NCBI GenBank assembly: GCA_029210775.1
Contig: JARGGI010000002.1
Span: 76,478 to 140,477, forward strand
Source: Patescibacteria group bacterium
GTDB taxonomy: Bacteria > Patescibacteriota > Minisyncoccia > JAHIHE01 > JAGLIN01
Direction of reading: 5' to 3'
DNA: 64,000 nt
The notes beneath the pieces were generated by a model that searched no databases, was not told the DNA's origin, and saw only the letters and a program-made list of their open reading frames with translations. The position numbers were made by a program, and so were the translations under genes. Below are positions 20,472 through 30,494 of the stretch, piece by piece. Each line of letters starts with the position of its first letter. The stretch's first letter is position 1.

Positions 20472-20825
20472 ATGATTAAAAAACTTATAATCCACATTCT
20501 AACAAATTCAATCGCAATTTATATAGCAGTTGAATTAGTTCCAGGCATTTCATTTTCTGAAAAAGACAATCTTGTCCCTTTCCTAACAGCTGGGTTTTTA
20601 TTAGGTTTAATAAACTTTTTTGTAAAACCTATACTGAAACTTATTTCAGCGCCAATAATATTTTTTACATTTGGTCTCTTTACAATTGCAATAAATATTG
20701 CTATGCTTCTTTTATTGGATTATTTCGTTCAAGAATTGATAATAGAAGGCTTATCGGCAGCATTTTGGGGTATGATTGTAATCAGCGCTGTTAACATCTT
20801 TATTGGAACCTTTTCGGAAAAATAA
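20472..20825 (+). CDS. 4-TM membrane protein of the 'phage holin 4_2 / DUF360' family
   Basis: 117 aa. MIKKLIIHILTNSIAIYIAVELVPGISF...LLGLINFFVKPILKLISAPIIFFTFGLF matches the pattern of that family (LLINAVALWVAALLVPGI...). Confidence 0.5.
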   Translation: MIKKLIIHILTNSIAIYIAVELVPGISFSEKDNLVPFLTAGFLLGLINFFVKPILKLISAPIIFFTFGLFTIAINIAMLLLLDYFVQELIIEGLSAAFWGMIVISAVNIFIGTFSEK

Positions 20826-20860
20826 ACAATATAAAGCTAATTTTAAACAATAATACATAT

Positions 20861-21079
20861 ATGGATAAAATACTTGGCACAATTCAAATAGTTATATCAG
20901 TACTTCTTATTCTCTCAATTCTTCTTCAAAACAGAGGAGCAGGACTTAGTGAAACTTTTGGTGGTGGCGGAAATGTATATCAAACAAAAAGAGGATTTGA
21001 TAAATTTCTCTTTATTTCAACAGTAATCCTTGCTATATTGTTTTTAGGAACAGCCTTTTACAGTTTAATACAAAGTTAA
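20861..21079 (+). CDS. secG: preprotein translocase subunit SecG
   Basis: 72 aa. TM1, then LLQNRGAGLSETFGGGG, then second TM. The SecG hallmark layout. Confidence 0.65.
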   Translation: MDKILGTIQIVISVLLILSILLQNRGAGLSETFGGGGNVYQTKRGFDKFLFISTVILAILFLGTAFYSLIQS

Positions 21080-21221
21080 TCAAGACCAAAGAAAAAGTCC
21101 TTGTCTTGTGTTAAAACATAAAAATTAATAGAAAACTATAAAAGAAAAAAAAGGATTAGTAAAAAAAATAGGTAAAGTTTTTCGTGTATTAAGCAAAAAA
21201 GAGAAAGCTTTTGTTTATTTT

Positions 21222-22835
21222 TTGTTGTTCTTAATTGTTATTAATAGCACTTATTTAGGTTTTTCTCATTACATAAAAAACACTCAGGAAGTCCCAAGGA
21301 TAGGTGGTGAATATATAGAAGGAATGGTGGGACAGCCAAGATTTATTAATCCTGTTCTATCTCAAACAAATGATATTGACTCGGATCTTTCGTCAATTAT
21401 ATACTCAAGCCTCCTAAGACTTGATTCAAAAGGAAATTTAGTTAATGATTTAGCCGAAAACTATGAAATATCAGAAAATAAATTGGAGTATATCTTTCGC
21501 ATCAAAGAAAATGTAAAATGGCATGATGGAGAAAAATTCACAGTAGATGATATTATATACACAATTCAAGTAATACAAAATCCAGAATATGGCAGTGTTC
21601 TCAGAGCAAATTGGACAGGAATAAGAACAGAAAAAATAGATGATTACACAATAAAGTTTATTTTAAAAAACGCATATTCTCCTTTTTTAAACAACCTTAC
21701 ATTTGGAATATTGCCTAAACATTTATGGGAACTTATAAAAATAAATAATTTCCTTAATGCTGAATATAATCTAAGACCAATAGGAATGGGTCCATATAAA
21801 TTCAGCCAATTTGCAAAAGAAAAAGATGGTAAAATTAGTTTTATTGAATTTATTATAAACGATGAATACTATTCTCAAAAACCACATTTAGAAAAATTAG
21901 TATTCAGATTTTTTCAAAAAGAAGAAGATGCGATATCAGCTTTCAATCGAAAAGAGATAAAAGGAATAAACTATCTTTCTCCAAAAAATAAAGAAAAAAT
22001 AGCTGATTATGAAAATTCAATCATATACCAACTTCAAATTCCGCGATACTTTGCAATCTTTTTTAATCAAACAAAGAACATAGCACTTTCGGATAAAAAG
22101 GTACGACTGGCCCTTGCTCATGCTATTGATAAAAATAAACTAATAGAAAAAATTCTAAAAGGTGAAGGCAGTCCATCAAACTCTCCAATTCCGTCACAAC
22201 TGTTAGGACATAACCCCGATATAAAAACTTATGACTACGCAATAGAACACGCTCAAAATACACTTGACGCAGCAGAATGGATTGATTCTGATAAAGATGG
22301 AATAAGAGAGAAAGAAAATGTTAAAATTGAATTCACCATTGTAACTTACGATCAGCCAGAGCTTTTGGAAATTGCAAAAATGATTCAAAAAATGTGGAAA
22401 GAAATCGGTGTTAGTGTTGAAATCAAAAATGTTCAAACAAATGATCTCCGAGATAATTATATAAAACCTCGCGAATATGAAGCTCTTCTTTTCGCAGAAA
22501 TTCTCAATTACGACCCAGACCCATTTGCTTTTTGGCATTCTTCTCAAAAAAAAGAAACTGGATTAAACCTTTCTTTATATGACAATTCGGAGGTAGATAC
22601 TCTTTTGGAAGAAACAAGATCCGAAACAGATAAAGAAATAAAAGCAGAAAAATACAGAAAATTCCAGGAACTTGTCATTGAGGACATTCCAGCAATTTTC
22701 TTATACAGCCCTAAATATTTATATTTACACAGCAAATCAATTCAAGGCACAGAACTTGAAAACATTATAATTCCTTCAGACAGATTCAATGGAATTGAAA
22801 ATTGGTATATGAAAACAAAGAGGGTTTGGAAATAA
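21222..22835 (+). CDS. ABC transporter substrate-binding protein, family 5 (peptide/nickel type)
   Basis: 537 aa. The track start is a TTG. The frame is open upstream (…KKIGKVFRVLSKKEKAFVYFLLFLIV…), so the true start and signal peptide probably lie 30-60 nt upstream. The body has the family-5 SBP pattern (RIGGEYIEGMVGQPRFINPVLSQTNDID...). Confidence 0.7.
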   Translation: MLFLIVINSTYLGFSHYIKNTQEVPRIGGEYIEGMVGQPRFINPVLSQTNDIDSDLSSIIYSSLLRLDSKGNLVNDLAENYEISENKLEYIFRIKENVKWHDGEKFTVDDIIYTIQVIQNPEYGSVLRANWTGIRTEKIDDYTIKFILKNAYSPFLNNLTFGILPKHLWELIKINNFLNAEYNLRPIGMGPYKFSQFAKEKDGKISFIEFIINDEYYSQKPHLEKLVFRFFQKEEDAISAFNRKEIKGINYLSPKNKEKIADYENSIIYQLQIPRYFAIFFNQTKNIALSDKKVRLALAHAIDKNKLIEKILKGEGSPSNSPIPSQLLGHNPDIKTYDYAIEHAQNTLDAAEWIDSDKDGIREKENVKIEFTIVTYDQPELLEIAKMIQKMWKEIGVSVEIKNVQTNDLRDNYIKPREYEALLFAEILNYDPDPFAFWHSSQKKETGLNLSLYDNSEVDTLLEETRSETDKEIKAEKYRKFQELVIEDIPAIFLYSPKYLYLHSKSIQGTELENIIIPSDRFNGIENWYMKTKRVWK

Positions 22836-22865
22836 ATTAGCTTTTTAGGTTTTTTATTATATTCT

Positions 22866-22960
22866 GTCATTGTAAGGAGGCTGAACGAGCAAAGTGAAAG
22901 AAATGCCGACCAAATAATCCCAAAATTAATTTTAAGTAATTATTATTATCTCCAATTAGT
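22866..22960. repeat. composite MITE-like repeat region
   Basis: tgtcattgtaaggaggc...aataatcccaaaattaa shares the TTGTCATTGTAAG start with 42836 and the AATCCCAAAATTAA block with 1062-1077. Followed by cctgcctaccgaaagacaagcc, related to 27975-27998. Confidence 0.45.
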
Positions 22961-23102
22961 TCAGCGTCTCCGACCTGCCTACCGAAAGACAAGCCTAAAC
23001 TAGATATTTCTTAAAATTATTTTTTAAAATTTTGATTGTTGTTTATAAAAAAATAGAAAAAAAGAACTCTAAAAAATAAGAGTTCATGTTTCAATTTTTG
23101 TT

Positions 23103-23363
23103 TTATCGTATAACCATTCTTTCTCCAATGGCATAATTATCGTATATAGCTGAATCATCTGGCTCAAACGAGAAGACAATTATTACTTCTGAACCCTTTT
23201 TCCCTTCTTTTCTTAGTGGCAATACCAGTGTTCCTTTTATAGATTCAGGATCTTCAATTCTTGGCGAAAATACTATGTATTTACCTTTATCCACAAGTTT
23301 TGCTGGCTTCGGTTTGCCAAGTAATCTCTGATCTCCTATTCCAGCACCAACTAACATATACAT
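23103..23363 (-). CDS. hypothetical protein
   Basis: 86 aa. No recognisable motif. Confidence 0.3.
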   Translation of the reverse strand: MYMLVGAGIGDQRLLGKPKPAKLVDKGKYIVFSPRIEDPESIKGTLVLPLRKEGKKGSEVIIVFSFEPDDSAIYDNYAIGERMVIR

Positions 23364-23826
23364 AAGTAGCGCATTCCAGCAACAATAGAAGAAAATACAC
23401 TTCCTTCAGTAAAAAATTTCACTGTTGCTATACCATAAGGACTGTTCCGAATATTAAACCTATTAATATACCTCTATCTTTCAACCTAATTTCCCTCCAA
23501 ATCTGTATTTTTTATTAATCACCTTATCTTATAAAGCAATTTAGTTTTATTGAAACTAATTCAAAACTATTACAATTAAAAAATATGTCAACACGTTGTT
23601 CGTCATCTCCATGAAGGCGGAGATTCAGATAAAATGTCATTAGGCATTATTTAAAAATAAAAACTTTAAAAATAAATTTAGTGATAATTTTCACGATAGA
23701 TTGTCATAATGATATTCTAAAATAGTGATACTTCACTTGGATTCCCGCCAGAGTTTATACTTGAATTAATTTCAGTGCGGGAATAATAAATTATTTACCA
23801 ACTAAACAATTTAGCAGTATAATTTT

Positions 23827-25074
23827 ATGTCAAAACTCAATTTAAACCTCACTTATTCCGCCATAGATTTATCTTCTCCCGAATTTGTAGAAAAGATTGA
23901 GAAAATAAAAAACACTCCCACACCAAAATTCGCGCAATATACCGCTGATTTGAAAAAATTAAAAGTGTTGAGAGAAAAATATCAAGATAAAAAAAATATT
24001 ATTGTGGAAGGAAATGGCGGGGCGATTTCAAATTTTCGAGGAATTTATAGCGCACTTGGAGAAATATATGACAAAAATGTGTATTTACTGGATACTGAAG
24101 ATCCGGCTTATATTCAAGAATTAAAAAAGAAATGTTCTCCTGAAAATACTCTCGTTATTTTAACGAGTAAATCAGGAACAAGGATTCAAGTTTTGGCAAA
24201 TTATTTCGCTTTTCAGAATTATCCAATTTTAATTATCACCGAAGATAATGACGGTGCGTTGAATCAAATTCGAAAAGCAAAAAATCTTGATGTTTCTTTT
24301 TATCCTAAAACTGATATAACTGACAGATACACAGGTCTTACAGAATCAGCCCTTACCACATCTGAGATTGTTGAAATTGATACTGAAAAAATGATTGAAG
24401 GAGGAAAAGATATGTATGCTTTGTGCAATATAAATTCAGACTTAAAAAACAATATAGCACTTCAAATCGCCTTGACTCTTGACAAACTTGAAAAAATAGG
24501 ATATACTGAACTGTTCTTATCAATCTATTCAAAAAAACTATTCGGTTTTTATAATCTCATTGTCCAGCTCTATCACGAAAGTGTTTGTAAAAAAGAAGTT
24601 GGACAAACAATTTATGGCGGTGAAGCGCCAGAAAACCAGCATCATACTCTGCAACGACTTATTTCTGGAAGAAAAAACTCGCTGGGATTTTTTATTACTG
24701 TCAAAAATTTTTCCAAAAATTCATTGAATAGACGCGAGCCCTTGCTTACACCAGAAACGATAGAAATTCCTGACGATTTGAAAAATATTAAGTGTAGAAA
24801 TATAACTTTGGAAACTTTAAACAATCTTTCTTTGCAAGATATAATCAAAGCCGAGTTCCAAGGAACCTGGCAAGATGTTGTTGATAATAATATCCCAGCC
24901 ATTCATCTTGAACTCACCGAACTTTCGCCATATTCAATTGGACAATTTATGGCCTTCTTTCATTATTTCACTTTCTACTCCGCCCTACTGCGTGGAGTCA
25001 ACCCCTGCGACCAACCGGGGGTAGAGAAGAGTAAAGAAAATATTTTTGGGATTGTGGAAGAAATTAGGAGATAA
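23827..25074 (+). CDS. glucose-6-phosphate isomerase-like protein (short bacterial/archaeal PGI type, SIS domains)
   Basis: 415 aa. IIVEGNGGAISNF resembles PGI signature 1. CDQPGVEKSKE resembles PGI signature 2 ([DN]-Q-x-G-V-E-x2-K). Confidence 0.5.
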   Translation: MSKLNLNLTYSAIDLSSPEFVEKIEKIKNTPTPKFAQYTADLKKLKVLREKYQDKKNIIVEGNGGAISNFRGIYSALGEIYDKNVYLLDTEDPAYIQELKKKCSPENTLVILTSKSGTRIQVLANYFAFQNYPILIITEDNDGALNQIRKAKNLDVSFYPKTDITDRYTGLTESALTTSEIVEIDTEKMIEGGKDMYALCNINSDLKNNIALQIALTLDKLEKIGYTELFLSIYSKKLFGFYNLIVQLYHESVCKKEVGQTIYGGEAPENQHHTLQRLISGRKNSLGFFITVKNFSKNSLNRREPLLTPETIEIPDDLKNIKCRNITLETLNNLSLQDIIKAEFQGTWQDVVDNNIPAIHLELTELSPYSIGQFMAFFHYFTFYSALLRGVNPCDQPGVEKSKENIFGIVEEIRR

Positions 25075-25739
25075 TAAAATAAATATAGTTTATCTTTATT
25101 TATTCGCCATGCATTGTTATCTTCTTGAAATTAGACAATAAATAACAAAACCTGTCAAACATAAAATTATCTTTGTTAGTTATTTCTTGTTCTATTATTT
25201 TAAACATATTTATTTCTGAAGTATTAAGTAAAATTTTTAGTTTTTTTAACAATAACTTCAGATAATTTTGTGTTACCAAAACTTCATTTTGACATTTAAT
25301 TTTGCCCTTTTCTTTAGAAACATTAATTTCTAATTTTTGTTCACAATTAATCAAAAAACATTCTTTCTTAATTGACAATGTTTCTTTTATACATATGATG
25401 ATGTTTATAATTTTTTCAATATCTACCACCCTTTGAGTGTCTGATAATTGATATTCTAATAATTCATCTATTATTTCTAAAATTTCCCTCCCGATTTTAA
25501 TGCTTTTTTATTCTCTTTGAGAAACTACTAATATTCTTGCATGTTTATAGAATCAGTCAATAAACATTGCCTGTTATTCTGAACTTGATTCAGAATCTGT
25601 CCTATTAATAAGTTTTGATTCGATATATTTCACAAGATTTGGCGTATCAGATGAAAGATAATAAAATAAATTTAGGATGACAAATAATTTGTTATGAGTT
25701 ACAAATTATAAGTTGCAAGTTATTTTTATAAATTAATCA

Positions 25740-25823
25740 GGGGGTGTGGCGGAATTGGCAGACGCACTGGCTTCAGGTGTCAGTGATAGCAATATCGTGG
25801 GAGTTCGACTCTCCCCATCCCCA
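25740..25823 (+). tRNA. tRNA-Leu (anticodon CAG), class II with long variable arm
   Basis: Folded by hand. Acceptor GGGGGTG/CATCCCC (one G-U pair), U8, 3-bp D stem GCG/CGC with 11-nt loop, anticodon stem CTGGC/GTCAG with loop TTCAGGT (anticodon CAG, G37), variable stem GATA/TATC, T arm GGGAG-TTCGACT-CTCCC, discriminator A. CCA is not encoded. Confidence 0.8.
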
Positions 25824-25984
25824 CAATTTAAATGCGGGACAGACTCAATATTCAAATCGCTATGAGAGCAATCCCTTGGAAGCTCAAGCTCTCTCTATCA
25901 CAAATTTAAAGTTTATAAATCAAAAGTTTTATGACTTTTATTTATAACTTTTAATTAATTCATTAAATTAAATAAAATAAAAAA

Positions 25985-27772
25985 ATGATACAAAAAAAAG
26001 AAACAACAACACAACAAGAAAGACATTCAATACACTATCAAAGACCAATGACACAGCAAAGAAAAACATCACCACACTCCTTTGGAGCGAACACTCAACA
26101 AACAAAGACAAAAAAACTTCGTATAATACCACTTGGCGGATTAGAAGAAGTTGGAAGAAATATGACTCTTTTTGAATATGACAGAGATATTATTATTGTC
26201 GATATGGGACTTCAATTTCCAGAAGAAGATATGCCTGGAATAGATTATATAATTCCCAATACAAATTATCTCAAAGGAAAAGAAAAAAACATCAGAGGAG
26301 TTTTTATAACTCACGGACATATGGATCACATCGGAGCAATTCCTCATCTTATGCCAAAACTTGGTAACCCTCCAATGTTCACAGCTGTGCTTACTGCTGG
26401 GATAATCGAGAAAAAACAAGAAGACTATCCGAATGTAAGTTCATTAAACATAACTGTTGTAAACTTTGAAAGCAAGATTAATCTTGGAAATTTCAAGGTT
26501 GAATTCTTTCATGTGAATCATAATATTCCAGATGTTTTGGGTCTTGCGATTTATACACCTGAAGGACTTGTGATTCACACAGGAGATTTCAAATTTGACC
26601 ATAGCCCGACAACAGATAAGCCTGCGGACATTGGAAGGATTGCGAGACTCGGTTCACAAAATGTTTTAGCCTTAATGTCAGATAGCACTGGAGCTGAAAA
26701 TCCTGGATACTCAGTAAGCGAACATGAGATTCAAAAAACTCTTGACCATATACTTTCAAAAGCTAAAGGGAGAGTTATTGTCGCAACATTTTCATCGCTC
26801 ATCAGCAGAATTCAACAAATCATCACCATTTCCGAAAAATATGATAGAAAAGTTGCTATTGATGGTTATAGTATGAAAACAAATATTGAAATTGCCAATA
26901 AGTTAGGATATCTAAAATTTAAGAGAGGAACAATTATAAGACCAGAACAAATGAAAAACTATCCCAATGACAAAGTTTCTCTTATGTGCACCGGAGCACA
27001 AGGAGAAGGAAAAGCAGTTCTGATGAGAATCGTCAATAAGGAACACAGACATATTCAAATTAAAAAAGATGACACTGTTATATTTTCATCCTCTGTTGTG
27101 CCTGGAAATGAAAGAACAGTTCAAAACCTAAAAGATCAACTATACAGACAAGGAGCAAGTGTCGTACACTATAAAATGATGGATGTACATGCTGGAGGAC
27201 ATGCTCAAATTGAAGATTTAAAAATGATGATAAACCTAATTAAACCTAAATTCTTTATACCAATTCATGGAAACTATTATATGCTTAGGCTCCATGCAAA
27301 TATTGCAGAAAATTTAGGAATTCCTACTTCAAACACCATAGTTGCTTGTAATGGCAATGCGATTGAAATGACAAAAAATAGTGCCATAATCACAAAAGAA
27401 AAAATACCTTCAAATTATGTTATGGTTGACGGACTTGGAGTTGGCGATGTAGGAAATGTTGTTATTAGAGATCGCCAACAAATGAGCGAGGATGGAATGT
27501 TTACAATTGTTATTATCGTTGACAGTAAAACAGGAAAGATTATCGGCTCTCCAGATATCATTTCTCGAGGATTCATTTATATGAAAGGTTCCACAGAATT
27601 AATAAATGAAACGAAAACAAAAGTCATTGAAATTGTGAATAAGAAAGCATCAGCAGAACATAATTCTAATTGGGCTTATATAAAAGACAATGTCCGAGAT
27701 CAAATTGGACAATTTCTATTTAATAAAACTCAAAGAAGACCAATGGTTCTGCCAGTTGTGATTGAGGTGTAA
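25985..27772 (+). CDS. rnj: ribonuclease J (metallo-beta-lactamase/beta-CASP) with ~45-aa Q/T-rich N-terminal extension
   Basis: KLRIIPLGGLEEVGRNMT, HGHMDHIGAIPHL, and beta-CASP and C-terminal domains present. 595 aa. Confidence 0.85.
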   Translation: MIQKKETTTQQERHSIHYQRPMTQQRKTSPHSFGANTQQTKTKKLRIIPLGGLEEVGRNMTLFEYDRDIIIVDMGLQFPEEDMPGIDYIIPNTNYLKGKEKNIRGVFITHGHMDHIGAIPHLMPKLGNPPMFTAVLTAGIIEKKQEDYPNVSSLNITVVNFESKINLGNFKVEFFHVNHNIPDVLGLAIYTPEGLVIHTGDFKFDHSPTTDKPADIGRIARLGSQNVLALMSDSTGAENPGYSVSEHEIQKTLDHILSKAKGRVIVATFSSLISRIQQIITISEKYDRKVAIDGYSMKTNIEIANKLGYLKFKRGTIIRPEQMKNYPNDKVSLMCTGAQGEGKAVLMRIVNKEHRHIQIKKDDTVIFSSSVVPGNERTVQNLKDQLYRQGASVVHYKMMDVHAGGHAQIEDLKMMINLIKPKFFIPIHGNYYMLRLHANIAENLGIPTSNTIVACNGNAIEMTKNSAIITKEKIPSNYVMVDGLGVGDVGNVVIRDRQQMSEDGMFTIVIIVDSKTGKIIGSPDIISRGFIYMKGSTELINETKTKVIEIVNKKASAEHNSNWAYIKDNVRDQIGQFLFNKTQRRPMVLPVVIEV

Positions 27773-27864
27773 AACACAAAAACATATATGGATTTAAATA
27801 TGTTGAGATTGTAAAATCTTGTTTTAATATTTATATATTTAGGATGTCATAAAATTTGTTTGTT

Positions 27865-27896
27865 GGCTCCACTTTCCATAGTGGAGCCTTTTGTGA
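27865..27896 (+). terminator. rho-independent terminator after rnj
   Basis: ggctccact-ttccat-agtggagcc followed by ttttgtgatttc. Confidence 0.65.
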
Positions 27897-27962
27897 TTTC
27901 AAAAATTTGACAGAATTTTTATTCTAAGCTATTTTATAATTATGAGTAGAAAAAATATAACA

Positions 27963-28010
27963 TCAATTGTCATTCTGAACCTGCCTACCGGACAGGCAGG
28001 CTTGTCGAAA
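27963..28010. repeat. MITE-like module (TTGTCATTCTGAACCTGCCTACCGGACAGGCAGGCTTGTCGAA)
   Basis: Near-identical in inverse orientation to the internal module of the 46457-46587 element (ttcgacaagcctgtctgccgacaggcaggctcagggtgacaa). Confidence 0.6.
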
Positions 28011-28082
28011 AATTGGTGGAGCCAAAATAGCATTTAGGCTGTTTTAGCGTTTTCTTATATTTTAGAATAATTGAGCAAATTC

Positions 28083-28106
28083 AAAACAGTCTAAAGGCTG
28101 TTTTTT
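28083..28106 (+). promoter_or_regulatory. terminator-like hairpin 18 nt upstream of the zinc-ribbon gene start (possible attenuator); a second similar hairpin lies at 28024-28045
   Basis: aaaacag-tctaaagg-ctgtttt plus T-run. The upstream twin is aaaatagc-atttag-gctgtttt. Both lie between a MITE module and the SD (GGAGG at 28112-28116). Confidence 0.4.
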
Positions 28107-28124
28107 AGTATGGAGGAAAGAAGA

Positions 28125-28490
28125 ATGAAACAATCTATAGTAATGTCCCTTGAAAATAATCAATGTTTTTGCCCTTATTGCGATTTAGGAATTGTAATTA
28201 ATAAACAAAAATTCTATACATGTCCAAAATGCAAAAATAAACTTGAAAAAATATTAATCAAGAAGGGAACTGAAAAATATTTTCTACTAAAATTTAGCTC
28301 CAGACAAGATATTTTTTGTCTAGATCATAGATGTGGTTCAAGACTTGAAACACACAAAAATGGAGTGATATCTGAAGGAATATATTTTATTTGTATAAAA
28401 TGCAAAAAAAAATATAAAAAAACAAAATATATAGATATGTCTGGCAAAAGTGATAATTATTTTAAACTGAATAAAATTAAGGGGATTTAA
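28125..28490 (+). CDS. double zinc-ribbon protein (hypothetical)
   Basis: Start moved from the track's 28110 to the ATG at 28125, which has GGAGG 8 nt upstream. CPYC...CPKC and CLDHRC...CIKC motifs. Confidence 0.5.
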   Translation: MKQSIVMSLENNQCFCPYCDLGIVINKQKFYTCPKCKNKLEKILIKKGTEKYFLLKFSSRQDIFCLDHRCGSRLETHKNGVISEGIYFICIKCKKKYKKTKYIDMSGKSDNYFKLNKIKGI

Positions 28491-28567
28491 ACAAAATCCC
28501 CTTCCCTATTTAAAATTGATAAAGTTTTAATATAAAGCTATAATAAATTATAAATAATAACACAACT

Positions 28568-29554
28568 ATGAATACAAAACAAAGAATTTTCAGCGCAATT
28601 CAGCCTTCGGGAGAATTGCATATCGGCAACTATCTTGGAGCTCTAAAAAATTTTGTTGAACTTCAAGATAAATATGACTGTTTTTTCTTTATCGCTGATT
28701 ATCACTCAATTTCAGGAGAATATGACCCTCAAAAAAAGAAGAAGCAGATTATGGACTTGACTCTTAATTTTTTGGCAATTGGTCTTGATCCTGAAAAATG
28801 CACAATTACTGTGCAATCTCAAGTTCCAGAGCATACGGAACTGACATGGATTTTCAACACAATCACGCCAATTTCGGAATTACAAAGAATGACACAGTTT
28901 AAAGACAAATCTCAGGATCAGGAAAAAAATATCAATATGGGCTTGTTTGATTATCCCGTTCTGCAAGCGGCGGACATTTTAATGTATAAAGCTTATGGCG
29001 TTCCAGTTGGACAGGATCAAATTCAACACATTGAACTTACCAGAAAAATTGCTCGCTTTTTCAATAATAAGTTTGGCAAAACTTTTCCTGAACCGAAAGA
29101 TATTATTACTGAAACTCCAAAAATTATGAGCCTAATTGATCCAACCAAGAAAATGAGCAAATCCCACGGACCGAAGTCCTATGTCGGGATTAATGACGAG
29201 CCGGAAATTATAAAGCAGAAAATGAAAAAAGCTGTGACGGATATTGGCACGACTGGAAAAATGACGCCAGCTACGGAGAATTTATTTTTGTTATTAAAAA
29301 TTCTGGGCAAGCCGGAACATTATAAAGAGTTTCTAGTTCAGCATAAAAAAGGGATTATAAAATACGGGCAACTTAAAGAAGCCTTAGCCGATGACATAAT
29401 TAATTATTTTACCCCATTCCGAGCCAAGCGAAAAGAATTGGAATCCAAACCGGAATATGTCAAAGAAGTTTTAGCTATCGGCGCCGACCATGCGCGTAAA
29501 ATAGCCAGAGAAACTATGCGAGAAGTGAAAGAAAAAATTGGGTTGGTTTTGTAA
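28568..29554 (+). CDS. trpS: tryptophan--tRNA ligase
   Basis: 328 aa. QPSGELHIGNYLGAL (HIGH) and KMSKS present. The size fits TrpRS rather than TyrRS. Confidence 0.85.
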   Translation: MNTKQRIFSAIQPSGELHIGNYLGALKNFVELQDKYDCFFFIADYHSISGEYDPQKKKKQIMDLTLNFLAIGLDPEKCTITVQSQVPEHTELTWIFNTITPISELQRMTQFKDKSQDQEKNINMGLFDYPVLQAADILMYKAYGVPVGQDQIQHIELTRKIARFFNNKFGKTFPEPKDIITETPKIMSLIDPTKKMSKSHGPKSYVGINDEPEIIKQKMKKAVTDIGTTGKMTPATENLFLLLKILGKPEHYKEFLVQHKKGIIKYGQLKEALADDIINYFTPFRAKRKELESKPEYVKEVLAIGADHARKIARETMREVKEKIGLVL

Positions 29555-29727
29555 TAGAAAAACTACTATCTTCAGTCTTCTATCTATAGCCTATTGTAAT
29601 TTCAAAAGAAAATTATTTTAAACAAACAGTTGGAATAAATATCTTGGTTCATGTCAAAAACATTGAGCTATCCAGTAGAAAGTTGTAGTAACTAAGTAAT
29701 GATAATAAAAATAGGGCTTTGTGAATG

Positions 29728-29943
29728 TTAATCATCCATCAGCCCTAATAGTTGATTCCAGTGTTTGAAAGGTATCTCTGGAAATATTTTTTCTATCTTG
29801 CATCCAGGATTACTGGAATAACACGATTTTCCTGTACAAGAATATCCACATAGAGTTAGTATAATATCAGGAACCCTACTTTTAACAAGAAGTCCAGATC
29901 CAAAAACATGTATAGTTCCATCTTCCGTTAGAAATAACGCCAT
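29728..29943 (-). CDS. small Cys-containing protein (hypothetical)
   Basis: 71 aa. MALFLTEDGTIHVFGSG...LCGYSCTGKSCYSSNPGCK. Confidence 0.3.
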   Translation of the reverse strand: MALFLTEDGTIHVFGSGLLVKSRVPDIILTLCGYSCTGKSCYSSNPGCKIEKIFPEIPFKHWNQLLGLMDD

Positions 29944-29977
29944 TTATTCTCCTCCTCTGTTTTTGTTTTTACTATTT

Positions 29978-30247
29978 TTATTTATCAGCCCCATTTAAAA
30001 ATTCAGAGCAACCTTCCTCGCATTGCATTGAACAAATCGCACATATGCTTTCAACAGTAGGATGACAATCTACTATCACAACACCTTCCGATTCCGACCC
30101 TTTTATAAAATTTCCGCTCATATTTTTTCCACCTTTTCTAATAATTTTTATTTTCGTTTTAAGGCAAAATTTTTTATTGCCCATAAAAAAATAACCTCTT
30201 ATCGAGGTTATCTTTTTATAAACAATAAATGTAAAATAGAAAAGCAA
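29978..30247 (-). CDS. small Cys-rich protein (hypothetical); true start probably internal (ATG at 30121 or 30184)
   Basis: C-terminal MSGNFIKGSESEGVVIVDCHPTVESICAICSMQCEEGCSEF. The N-terminal part of the track ORF is low-complexity. Confidence 0.3.
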   Translation of the reverse strand: MLFYFTFIVYKKITSIRGYFFMGNKKFCLKTKIKIIRKGGKNMSGNFIKGSESEGVVIVDCHPTVESICAICSMQCEEGCSEFLNGADK

Positions 30248-30381
30248 GGGGTGAGAAATCCAGTATTATTTTTTCTAAACATTACTGACATTGCCTACTT
30301 TTAAAATTTATTACTCCTGTTTGTTATTATCCTACAAATTAAGATTACCGTCAAGACCAGTTATCCACAGATAGTGCGTTC

Positions 30382-30480
30382 TGTTATTGCGAATCCGCAG
30401 GCGAAGCAATCCCATGACTATGCGCAAAGAATTCAGTTACGGGATTGCTTCAGTCGTTGCGACTCCTTCGCAATGACAAT
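30382..30480. repeat. MITE-like inverted pair (family A)
   Basis: tgttattgcgaatccgcaggcgaagcaatccc ... gggattgcttcagtcgttgcgactccttcgcaatgacaat: two units in opposite orientation forming a ~100-bp long-range palindrome. Confidence 0.6.
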
Positions 30481-30494
30481 TCATAATTCTCTGT

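Noticed and set aside
20472-20825. Holin-family gene as evidence of a prophage
   Set aside because: DUF360/holin_4_2-type 4-TM proteins are widespread chromosomal membrane proteins. The neighbours are secG and uvrA, and no other phage genes (terminase, capsid, integrase) are nearby.
25100-25429. 109-aa minus-strand ORF between pgi and tRNA-Leu
   Set aside because: Extremely K/I/L/N-rich low-complexity translation typical of AT-rich non-coding DNA. It has no motif, and there is no plausible RBS.
25744-25947. 67-aa ORF on plus strand
   Set aside because: It overlaps the tRNA-Leu gene almost completely and is an artefact of translating a structured RNA.
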